Virus record (IMG/VR): IMGVR_UViG_3300012943_000028
Location: 96,001 to 160,000 of that record
DNA: 64,000 nt
DNA from: a virus
Lineage: Duplodnaviria > Heunggongvirae > Uroviricota > Caudoviricetes
Reading direction: 5' to 3' (one strand)
Below are positions 1 through 7,265 of this stretch, one piece after another (the first letter of the stretch is position 1; every line of letters starts with the position of its first letter). The translations under genes were made by a program, and so were the position numbers. The notes beneath the pieces are model-generated. The model did not search any database. It saw nothing but the letters and a program-made list of their open reading frames with translations, and was not told where the DNA came from.

Positions 1-405
1 GGTCTTGCTGTCGTGCAAGAAGTCCTTGAGGTACAGAGAGCAAAGCGCCTTTAGAACGTCCTCGCCTTCTGCTGAAACTTCGGCAGCTGCCTCAACGTCT
101 TCCTTCACCTTCTTGCCAAAGTTCTTTGGCAGGCCCTTGCGAGCGGCCTTGATGATCTCTTCACGGTATGCGCCAGCTTCCTTCTTTGAAAGTGGGTCGG
201 CGGTGACCAGCTCTACCTTTCCATCAGGGCTGAACACGACGTTAACGCCGTAGTACTCAACGCCCTTGTAGTAGCTGTCGTCAGTTGGGTTTGAGACGAC
301 GAGCACCATGATGTCGCCTTCCTTAGGACCACCATGATCTACGGTGTCCACTGAAAATTTGAGCTTGCCCTCAATGAGGCTGTGAAGTTCTCTTAGAAGT
401 TCCAT
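1..405 (-). CDS. putative internal head protein, partial (runs off window start)
   Basis: Not in the ORF track. ATG at 405 translates MELLRELHSLIEGKLKFSVD..., open to position 1. Its leader is nearly identical to that of 700..2031 (MQLLRELHAINEA). Confidence 0.75.
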   Translation of the reverse strand, partial: MELLRELHSLIEGKLKFSVDTVDHGGPKEGDIMVLVVSNPTDDSYYKGVEYYGVNVVFSPDGKVELVTADPLSKKEAGAYREEIIKAARKGLPKNFGKKVKEDVEAAAEVSAEGEDVLKALCSLYLKDFLHDSKT

Positions 406-412
406 GTTTACC

Positions 413-691
413 TCAACGCCTTGATGCGGCGCCCTCAAGATCACGAATGATCTTGTTGAGCTGGTTGCGAACGATGTTCATGTTTGTCATGATGGCTGAA
501 AAGTGTCTCTTCTTGGAGTCAGCGTCTTTCAGCTTGTGTGCAAGGCTAAGCGCCTGACGAGCAGCGGCAAGGCGCTTCTCAAGAGTTTCAATGATGCCCT
601 CAAGCGGCATGGACGTTGGGTCGATGGCGACGGTCTTCTCATCGAGACGCTCTGTCTCTTCGATGATTGCGGTAAGTTCCTTGATGAGCAT
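413..691 (-). CDS. small coiled-coil protein, putative internal head protein
   Basis: SD (GAGGA) precedes ATG 691. The leader MLIKELTAIIEE belongs to the shared leader type. Confidence 0.65.
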   Translation of the reverse strand: MLIKELTAIIEETERLDEKTVAIDPTSMPLEGIIETLEKRLAAARQALSLAHKLKDADSKKRHFSAIMTNMNIVRNQLNKIIRDLEGAASRR

Positions 692-699
692 GTCGTTCC

Positions 700-2031
700 T
701 CACTTGGCCTGCGGGTAGTGCGTGCCCGTCTCATTCGTAAAAATTGCTGCACGAAGAACATCGACGGCGCTGCTTACGGCGCTTCTCAACTTGATCTTGT
801 CACCATCAACGATGACGTACAGTGCAAACTTGCCATCACTGCCCTTCAACAGGAAGTCATGGTCACGGCGCTTGAACTTGATCTCATCGTCCTTGACATC
901 AATACCCGAGACCTTTGAGTCGGCCTTCAGCGCCTTGATGATGTCGGTCCATGAGTCCTTAGTTGACAGTTGGTGTGGCACAACCGACTTCTCGTCAAGC
1001 TCAACGCTCTCATTGAAACCGAGGCGCTTGAACAGCTTGTCATAGTCTTCCATGTCTGGGTCGAAGTCGTGCTTTGGTGGCTTTGCGCCAAGCTCGTTGA
1101 AAAGCATATCGGCAAACAGCGCCCAGATGTCGACGTCAAAGCTGTGGAACTTTGACCACGTCTTATCAAACTCGCTCTTACCCTCAAGCGCCGCCGCCTT
1201 CAAGAGGTTACCGAAACGCTTTGAGATGACGCCATATCCAAGGTGGTCTTGCGTCAGCGGTTCATGGTGCTTCTGTTCCCACTTTGCGATCTTGGTGATG
1301 ACCTTGTCGATCGCATGGTAGATTTTCGTCTGAACTGGTGAGACCTTCGACTGCACTGCCTCAGTCAAGTCCATCTTAAGGTGCTTCTTGACGGCAGCGC
1401 CAATCTCACCATCGTGTGGCGTGTTCTTGTTTGCAACGATGAGGCTCGTCTTTGGCTTCACGTAGCCTGGTGCGAAGTTCATCGAGTTGGAGAAATAGTT
1501 GTTGATGCGCTCTGACATTGCGAGGACTGCATCTTCGATGGAGCTGTACACTTCACTGTAGCTCCACTTCTTTGGGTTCTTGATGTGATCCTTGACGGCG
1601 TGGGCGACCTCATCGAGCTCATGTCCCCAAAGCTCATCAGTGTGGTACATCAGGCGCTGAATGCTGTTGATGATCGCAGGGTCGATCTTGCTACCGCTCT
1701 GCTTTCTGATGGCATTGAGCGTCAGCTCATAGATCATGTCGTTGATGTCGCCCTGGCTGAAGGTGCTCTCTTCGAGAGTCGATTCACAGAGGCCCTTGAG
1801 AAACTTGACAGCGCCCTCATAAGGAATGCCTGATGGAAGATCGTGCTCAATGTATGAGCTTACAGATGGCTCACGCTTGTCATCGCCGGTCCAAGCGCAA
1901 TCGATGACGTCGACACCACCACTCCACTTCTTGAAGTCTCTAAGAAGCTTTTCCTGCTGAGCTGGTGTCAGGTCCTTGACTGCTCCTACCTTTGCTTCAT
2001 TGATGGCATGTAGTTCACGGAGCAGCTGCAT
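700..2031 (-). CDS. multi-domain putative internal head protein (polyprotein candidate)
   Basis: 443 aa with leader MQLLRELHAINE|A. Internal sites LCE|S-TLEE|S, LTE|A and FNE|S-VELDE|K. TAAATA box upstream at 2065-2070. Confidence 0.65.
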   Translation of the reverse strand: MQLLRELHAINEAKVGAVKDLTPAQQEKLLRDFKKWSGGVDVIDCAWTGDDKREPSVSSYIEHDLPSGIPYEGAVKFLKGLCESTLEESTFSQGDINDMIYELTLNAIRKQSGSKIDPAIINSIQRLMYHTDELWGHELDEVAHAVKDHIKNPKKWSYSEVYSSIEDAVLAMSERINNYFSNSMNFAPGYVKPKTSLIVANKNTPHDGEIGAAVKKHLKMDLTEAVQSKVSPVQTKIYHAIDKVITKIAKWEQKHHEPLTQDHLGYGVISKRFGNLLKAAALEGKSEFDKTWSKFHSFDVDIWALFADMLFNELGAKPPKHDFDPDMEDYDKLFKRLGFNESVELDEKSVVPHQLSTKDSWTDIIKALKADSKVSGIDVKDDEIKFKRRDHDFLLKGSDGKFALYVIVDGDKIKLRSAVSSAVDVLRAAIFTNETGTHYPQAK

Positions 2032-2063
2032 TTTTCGTGCCTCAGGCTGTAAGAATCGATAAG

Positions 2064-2411
2064 CTATTTAGTGGGTAGCTTACAGAAGTCCTTTAGAATG
2101 GTCTCCTCCACCTCTTCTGAGACAGCCTGCGCAACGTTCCCGTCCTGCACCTGCTTTCGAAAGCTGTAGCGGACGGCGCATTCTGCCGATTCCTGAGCTG
2201 TCTTGAACGGCATTGGATAGTTGCGGTCAGCAACTCGCGTCTCGAGGAAGGCGAGGCGCTTGCGCGCATATTCCATGTTTGCACCACGCGCCTCAATGCT
2301 CTCAATGGCGGGCATGTATTGAGCTGTGAGCGGTGGAACTGCGACTTGCGAGAAGGAAACTACAGGGGCCGTAGCGATGACGGTAGCAAGAAATTTGTAG
2401 AGGTCTTTCAT
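2064..2411 (-). CDS. hypothetical protein with signal-peptide-like N-terminus
   Basis: ATG 2411 (MKDLYKFLATVIATAPVVSFSQ) lies just downstream of the TAAATA at 2438-2443. The longer track start overlaps the promoter and terminator. Confidence 0.55.
   Translation of the reverse strand: MKDLYKFLATVIATAPVVSFSQVAVPPLTAQYMPAIESIEARGANMEYARKRLAFLETRVADRNYPMPFKTAQESAECAVRYSFRKQVQDGNVAQAVSEEVEETILKDFCKLPTK
2065..2070 (-). promoter_or_regulatory. T4-type late promoter core TAAATA
   Basis: TAAATA about 35 nt upstream of ATG 2031; matches the core of the T4 gp55 consensus TATAAATA. Confidence 0.6.
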
Positions 2412-2437
2412 TGTGGTGGGGTGGTGGAGGGACCAAG

Positions 2438-2443
2438 TATTTA
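2438..2443 (-). promoter_or_regulatory. late promoter core TAAATA
   Basis: Intergenic, directly after a terminator and about 27 nt before ATG 2411. Confidence 0.6.
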
Positions 2444-2456
2444 GCCTTCCTCCGGA

Positions 2457-2487
2457 CAAAAGAAAGGACCTGCAAGAGGTCCTTTCT
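2457..2487 (-). terminator. rho-independent terminator
   Basis: AGAAAGGACC-7 nt-GGTCCTTTCT followed by TTTG on the minus strand. Confidence 0.8.
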
Positions 2488-2676
2488 AGGAAAACGCGGG
2501 ACGGGTGTTTTTCAGATGGTTATCCTGTCCATTACGTGGAGCCTAAGCTGTATCCACGTGGTGCCTCGGGAATCGAACCCAAGCCCTCCCAGTAGAAAAC
2601 TGGGTGTGCAGCCCACCTACACTAGTGCAACCTCCATCTAGCATGCTTCTTTTGCGACGTCATTGCCATTCGTCGA
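2460..2676 (-). ncRNA. putative ~215-nt structured ncRNA containing a tRNA-like domain
   Basis: Bounded by a sigma70-type promoter (2683-2711) and a terminator (2457-2487). It has several helices and no plausible minus-strand ORF. Confidence 0.5.
2559..2632 (-). tRNA. tRNA-like element (nominal anticodon TTC, Glu) with aberrant acceptor stem
   Basis: U8-A9; D arm GTGT/GCAC; anticodon arm CCCAG-TTTTCTA-CTGGG; T arm TTGGG-TTCGATT-CCCGA. The acceptor GGTTGCAC/GGCACC pairs only with two bulges, and position 37 is a pyrimidine. Confidence 0.55.
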
Positions 2677-2682
2677 TAAGTC

Positions 2683-2711
2683 ATTCTATCACGCAGCAAT
2701 CTGAAGTAAAC
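2683..2711 (-). promoter_or_regulatory. sigma70-type early promoter
   Basis: GTTTAC-N17-TAGAAT with extended -10 TGn. GTTTAC is the T4 early-promoter -35 element. Confidence 0.7.
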
Positions 2712-2736
2712 CTGATGTTACATAACAAGTTCGAGA

Positions 2737-2766
2737 CAAAAGAGAGGGGACCGAAGTCCCCTCTCT
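2737..2766 (-). terminator. rho-independent terminator
   Basis: AGAGAGGGGAC-TTCG-GTCCCCTCTCT followed by TTTG on the minus strand. Confidence 0.85.
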
Positions 2767-2789
2767 GGCACATCAACTTCTAGAGTTGA

Positions 2790-3062
2790 TTAGAGGTGGT
2801 CGAACACCTGAACGTCGTGCTTGCTGCCCGATGCGTCAGCTGAGCCCCATGGGCCAGTTGCGCCGGCAGTGCCGTCGTTGGTTGCGAACGTGTAGTCAGT
2901 TGGGTCGTCCTTGCTATTGACGATCTCGCTGAGCACACCGCGGCGGTTCTTCAGATAGGTTGCGATCTTGGTCATCGTGTCCTTGTTGTTGCCTGCGCTG
3001 AGAGCTGCAACTGCGGCATCGAGGGCGGCTGCTGCGCCAGAAACTTTCTTGAGTACGGCCAT
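2790..3062 (-). CDS. small late protein, candidate capsid decoration protein
   Basis: 90 aa with strong SD (AAGGAG), its own TAAATA and terminator, immediately after the capsid gene. Function is inferred from position only. Confidence 0.55.
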   Translation of the reverse strand: MAVLKKVSGAAAALDAAVAALSAGNNKDTMTKIATYLKNRRGVLSEIVNSKDDPTDYTFATNDGTAGATGPWGSADASGSKHDVQVFDHL

Positions 3063-3117
3063 GAGAATTCTCCTTGGAATGGCGTGAGAGACAGGTATGC
3101 TCTATATGAGATGCGCG

Positions 3118-3123
3118 TATTTA
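3118..3123 (-). promoter_or_regulatory. late promoter core TAAATA
   Basis: Lies between the capsid terminator and ATG 3062. Confidence 0.65.
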
Positions 3124-3131
3124 CACCGGAA

Positions 3132-3161
3132 AATAAGAAGGGGAGCTTCGGCTCCCCTTCT
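3132..3161 (-). terminator. terminator after the major capsid gene
   Basis: 11-bp stem AGAAGGGGAGC/GCTCCCCTTCT followed by TATTTT on the minus strand. Confidence 0.85.
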
Positions 3162-3208
3162 CTATCATCGATGCAATCAACTTGACGTTTGCGAACGTCG
3201 TTCGTGGA

Positions 3209-4444
3209 TTAGACGAACGAGAGGTTGGCGACGCTGATACGACCGTAGTAGTCGGCTGAGTTACCGAGCGACGTTGCCGTGCTGGTGAACGTTGCCTTAC
3301 CGTAACGGGTCATGAGCGAAACGTGTGGGTTGAAGGTGTTTGGATCCACAACCACGCCCGAGGACATCAGTGGGATGTATGGGCAGTAGAAGTAACCGGA
3401 GTCCATCTCACCAGAACCGCCCTTGTAACCAAGGAGGACTGGCTCGGTGCCCTGGTCGAAGTAGATGTACGAGTACACCTTGATCGAACCGTTGAGCGTG
3501 CCGACGAGCTTGGTGTTGTTTGGACCAGCGAATGAACCGGCGACAGCTGGTGCGAAGACGGACTTCGAAGCAGACTGCAGAACCGATACCACGAGTGGCG
3601 AAACAACGATCCAGTTGGCTGGACCCATGCGGGTCTTGCGTGCGATCTCGTTGGCAACCTTGTTGATCAACACACCGAGAACTGCGTGGCGGTCGCCAAC
3701 GTAGTTTGGAACACCCGTGAAGGTGCCGGCCATGTCGAACGACTCAGTGGTGCCTGCGAGGGCGATGAGGTCGTTGATGATTTCGTTGTCGATTTCGGAC
3801 ACAACGGCAGCGGACAGAGATGCAGTGATCTCAGCTTCGAGGTCGAGACCGTGTGAAGCCTTGATGTCCTGCATTGCTTCTGGAGTCCAGCGAGCCTGCA
3901 GCTTACGGGAACCAGCGGTTACCGTCTGCTTGAGGACTTCGAGGGTCAGAGCACGACCACCGAATGCTTCGTAGTCAGAGGTTGAAGCAGCGACGCCGGC
4001 TGAGGACGAAGTTGCTGGACCACCTGATGGTACTGGAGCATCTGAGGTTGAGTAGAAGCGCTTGGTCTTGCTGTTGTTTGCGAAGACTTCATCGCCTGCT
4101 GAGATTGCGAAGCTGTTGTCAAGACCCGATGGGGTGCTGACTGGACCAGCGACGGCCTCAGAGAAGAGGAAGCGCAGTGAGTAGACCAGGCCGACTGGAC
4201 CGGACATTGGCTGAACACCAACGAGCTCGGTTGCGACGGTGCCTGGGATGATACGACGGATCATCGGGATGACGATCTTCTGGAAGTTGCCAATTGCGCC
4301 GGCAGTGGTGTTACCCGCATCGGCAGTTTCCTGCAGGTGCTTCAGCTGGTTCTCAAGCACTGGCTCGAGAATGCGCTTCTTGCTGTCGGTCAGACCCTCG
4401 AGAAGGGTCTCTTTGGTTTCTGCCCAATTTTCGAAAAGTTCCAT
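3209..4444 (-). CDS. gp23: major capsid protein, T4 gp23-like
   Basis: Motifs RRIIP, GVQPMSGPVGLVYSLR, SRKLQARWT, QDIKASHGLDLEAEI, GYFYCPYIPL and MTRYG. SD AAGGAG precedes ATG 4444. Likely maturation site HLQE|T. Confidence 0.97.
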   Translation of the reverse strand: MELFENWAETKETLLEGLTDSKKRILEPVLENQLKHLQETADAGNTTAGAIGNFQKIVIPMIRRIIPGTVATELVGVQPMSGPVGLVYSLRFLFSEAVAGPVSTPSGLDNSFAISAGDEVFANNSKTKRFYSTSDAPVPSGGPATSSSAGVAASTSDYEAFGGRALTLEVLKQTVTAGSRKLQARWTPEAMQDIKASHGLDLEAEITASLSAAVVSEIDNEIINDLIALAGTTESFDMAGTFTGVPNYVGDRHAVLGVLINKVANEIARKTRMGPANWIVVSPLVVSVLQSASKSVFAPAVAGSFAGPNNTKLVGTLNGSIKVYSYIYFDQGTEPVLLGYKGGSGEMDSGYFYCPYIPLMSSGVVVDPNTFNPHVSLMTRYGKATFTSTATSLGNSADYYGRISVANLSFV

Positions 4445-4469
4445 TGATTTCTCCTTAGGGACTGTGGGG

Positions 4470-5375
4470 TTAGATGCCAGCAAGCTTCTTCAGCTGAAGA
4501 TACTTGTCCTGCTTGGCTGGTTCTGCTTGCTTGGCTGGAGTCTCAACAGACTCGTCACCGGTAACGACTGACGTAGCGGCCTCAGTTACGATTGGCTTGT
4601 CAGCTTCCGACTTGGCGGCTGGGGCAGCTGCTGCTGGTGCAGCCTCTTCCTTCAACACGCGGCCGATGAAGTGGTTGTAGGCTTCTTCGAGGCGTGCAGT
4701 CTCGACATTTGCAAGCACAAATGCCATCTGCTCACGCTTCTTGCCCTGAAGTGGTGCGAGAATCTTCTCAAGCTTGGCTTCACGAACCATCTTGGCGTTG
4801 GATGCTTCCAGTGCCTTGATCGTTGCTGCAGCTTCCTCGACCTTGCCGAGTGCTGCCGTGAGCTGAGTCTGAATCGATGCCTCATCGACATAGTTCTTGC
4901 TGAACTCGGAAACGAAGGCTTCAAACATGCGACGACCGAAGTCGTTCTGCTTGACCACTTCCAGGTCTTCCTTGAGTTCCTTGAACTCTTCCTCGAGACG
5001 GTGCTCGAAGAATGCGTCCATCTTGTCGATCAGCTGGTCGAGTTCACCGCTGAGCTTCTCTGCCATTGCGTGCTTCTCTTCGACGATCTTCTCGGCATAC
5101 TCTGCCTCGAGATCACGGAAGCGCTCAATGTCGGCCTTCAGCTCTGCGACTTCCTCTTCGAGCTTCTTGGCCACGAATGCTTCGACGTTCTCAACGAGTG
5201 CGTCGCGTTCGGTCTGCCACTGCTCTGAAATCTCGTGTCTCACTTCGATGGAAACTTCCTCACGAACAGTTTTCTTGTACTCTTCGACGGCGGAAGCCCA
5301 CTTGGTGGAGATTTCGGTCTTAGCTTCCTCGCTGAGGAGCTCGGAGCTAAGCAATTTCTGTAGGATTTCATCCAT
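4470..5375 (-). CDS. gp22: prohead core scaffold protein, gp22-like
   Basis: Acidic coiled coil directly upstream of the capsid gene, containing FGRRMFEAF and ending in YLQLKKLAGI. Confidence 0.85.
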   Translation of the reverse strand: MDEILQKLLSSELLSEEAKTEISTKWASAVEEYKKTVREEVSIEVRHEISEQWQTERDALVENVEAFVAKKLEEEVAELKADIERFRDLEAEYAEKIVEEKHAMAEKLSGELDQLIDKMDAFFEHRLEEEFKELKEDLEVVKQNDFGRRMFEAFVSEFSKNYVDEASIQTQLTAALGKVEEAAATIKALEASNAKMVREAKLEKILAPLQGKKREQMAFVLANVETARLEEAYNHFIGRVLKEEAAPAAAAPAAKSEADKPIVTEAATSVVTGDESVETPAKQAEPAKQDKYLQLKKLAGI

Positions 5376-5489
5376 GCAGTTTCTCCTTCTTATGGGGGTG
5401 GTTAGAGACTTGGTCGCCGTCTCTAAGGGCTTGAACCTTACGCGTATCGTGTCTGAAACAAGTTCAGACCTGCGTTGAACGTACGATTC

Positions 5490-5495
5490 TATTTA
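5490..5495 (-). promoter_or_regulatory. late promoter core TAAATA (scaffold/capsid)
   Basis: Intergenic, upstream of gp22-gp23. Confidence 0.65.
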
Positions 5496-5567
5496 CAAGA
5501 TCACACAAAAAATCGCAAAAAACCAATCACATTTGGGCAGCTATCGACTGCCCGTATGCCGATATGA

Positions 5568-5810
5568 TTACTCTGCAGCAGTTTCAGCTGATTCCGGAGG
5601 GGTGTCCCCTGCTGGAGTCTCGTCTGCATCTGCGGTAGCAACCTCTACAGCACCGTCAACTTCTGCCGGTACCTCTTCGTCGCCTGCAGAGATGCCTGCA
5701 ACGTCCTTCATCTTGGCAGTCACGTAGTTGTGAAAGTCAAGCGTTGCCTCTTCAGGCTTGTCGTTGATCAGGTTGTTCAACATGCTCTTAAGAGCTTCTC
5801 TCTTGTCCAT
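5568..5810 (-). CDS. small acidic prohead core protein (gp67-like position and composition)
   Basis: SD AGGAG before ATG 5810 (MDKREALKSML). Helical N-terminus plus acidic tail. Confidence 0.6.
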   Translation of the reverse strand: MDKREALKSMLNNLINDKPEEATLDFHNYVTAKMKDVAGISAGDEEVPAEVDGAVEVATADADETPAGDTPPESAETAAE

Positions 5811-5897
5811 TTGATATCTCCTAGTGGCTGTGAGCCATTGGGTGGGAAGCGGTAACCGGCTTCTCAACGGTTTGTCAGGCGGTTGCCCAACGAAATC

Positions 5898-6176
5898 TTA
5901 CGGCGCGCGTGCGAGGTTGCCGTGGGTATCAGGTGGACCGATCAAAACGATACCGTCTTGGTTCACCTGATAAATGTCTTCCTTGTCTTTCTCTGGGTCC
6001 TTACCAACAGCGATGACGTCAATCTCGTAGTGATTGTCGCTGATCTTGTGGAAGTCCAGAATCTTTACCTTCTCAGCAGGCGTGCCGAGGTATCGAGATG
6101 CTTTGACCATCATCGTGTCGCCGGTTTTTGGCGCCTTAACAACCTTGACGGTCTTCTTGATCTCATTGAGCAGCAT
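5898..6176 (-). CDS. putative internal head protein
   Basis: ATG 6176 gives MLLNE|IKK, with L-x-E close to the N-terminus; lies within the head cluster. Confidence 0.55.
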   Translation of the reverse strand: MLLNEIKKTVKVVKAPKTGDTMMVKASRYLGTPAEKVKILDFHKISDNHYEIDVIAVGKDPEKDKEDIYQVNQDGIVLIGPPDTHGNLARAP

Positions 6177-6177
6177 G

Positions 6178-7008
6178 TTACTTGCCCTTACCTTCGTAGC
6201 CGAGCGCAAGGTCTTCTACCTTGTCGACAAGCTTCTTGTAGCCACGCAGCTTTTCCCAGCCGTGCTTCGTCATGTTGAGCGTGCGAAGCACGCGCTTTGC
6301 AAGCGTGCGAAGCTTCGGCGAGTTTGCGTAGTCAGCTCTGTCGAACTTCTCACCGAGGATCATAAGCACGTTCATTGGGCCGTGCGTGTTGAACTCATTG
6401 CCACGATCCTTGAGAGCCTTCTCAAGGTGCTCGATGGCATGATTGACCATCTTCCTGCGAATGTTGTACCATGCGTCTGAGGCGGCGTCGGAGTGGCCAA
6501 CAGTTACACCATCCATTTGACCTTCAGTGAGCGACTCATCGAGGTCTTCATCATCCTCATCTTCGTCCTCGTCTTCGTCCTCGTCTGCGTCTTCCTCAGA
6601 GAGGGCTTCGATCCACTCAGGAACGTTCTGTTCCTTGATCCACTCGACGATGGCGTCCATTGCGCCAGGATTGTCCGAGAGGAATGATTCGACTGGAGTA
6701 CCGTACTTGAAGCCATGTCCCTTGTAGCCGATGTCGCTGACGAGCTTCTCGAGGTGCTTCACACCAGTGTCACCCTCGAAGTGGTACATCTTGTTGGCGT
6801 CAAGGTACTTGTCGATGAGCTTTTCAAGCTTGCCTTCAAGAACAACCGCCTCAAATGGGTTCTTCTTGAGCTCCTTCTTGGCGACGTCGAGGTCCTTAGC
6901 AGCTTTCTTCAGCTTGTCAAAGGATGACTTACCGTCTTTCATGTCCTTCTTGGTAGCGTCCTTAGACGTGTCAGTGTCGACCTTTTCAACCAGCTCTTTG
7001 ATTTTCAT
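6178..7008 (-). CDS. multi-domain putative internal head protein
   Basis: Leader MKIKELVE|K, internal PFE|A-VVLE|G, and a poly-D/E linker followed by LDE|SLTE|G. Confidence 0.65.
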   Translation of the reverse strand: MKIKELVEKVDTDTSKDATKKDMKDGKSSFDKLKKAAKDLDVAKKELKKNPFEAVVLEGKLEKLIDKYLDANKMYHFEGDTGVKHLEKLVSDIGYKGHGFKYGTPVESFLSDNPGAMDAIVEWIKEQNVPEWIEALSEEDADEDEDEDEDEDDEDLDESLTEGQMDGVTVGHSDAASDAWYNIRRKMVNHAIEHLEKALKDRGNEFNTHGPMNVLMILGEKFDRADYANSPKLRTLAKRVLRTLNMTKHGWEKLRGYKKLVDKVEDLALGYEGKGK

Positions 7009-7265
7009 TTGTCACTCCACTGAGACTCTTTCTTCTTGTCAATAACCTTCGACACTACCTTACGAGCTTCGTTGATCGAATCCTCGTTCTTGAAGTTGAA
7101 GTAGTACGTACCCATTGAAAGCGCCAGATCAACTGCGAGGCCCGCCTCGAGCAGCGCATCTACCGCCTTCTTCATGTTGCCTTCATCGCTGAGCGTGAAG
7201 TGCTGTCCAACAGGAAGAGCAGCTTCAGCCAAACCTGAAAGCTTACGAAGTTGCTCTAGCTTCAT
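7005..7265 (-). CDS. putative internal head protein
   Basis: N-terminus MKLEQLRKLSGLAE|A resembles the scaffold C-terminus LQLKKLAGI. Confidence 0.6.
   Translation of the reverse strand: MKLEQLRKLSGLAEAALPVGQHFTLSDEGNMKKAVDALLEAGLAVDLALSMGTYYFNFKNEDSINEARKVVSKVIDKKKESQWSDK

Noticed and set aside
2500-2560. tRNA-associated HDV-like (theta) ribozyme downstream of the tRNA-like element
   Set aside because: Only 12 nt lie between the candidate P1 strands, too few for P2, P3 and L3, so the nested double pseudoknot cannot be built.
2593-2599. Amber suppressor tRNA or stop-codon recoding suggested by CTA in the anticodon loop
   Set aside because: CTA is at loop positions 36-38, not 34-36. Genes are long and intact in the standard code, and TAG ends genes at plausible places (2064, 15542, 22421).
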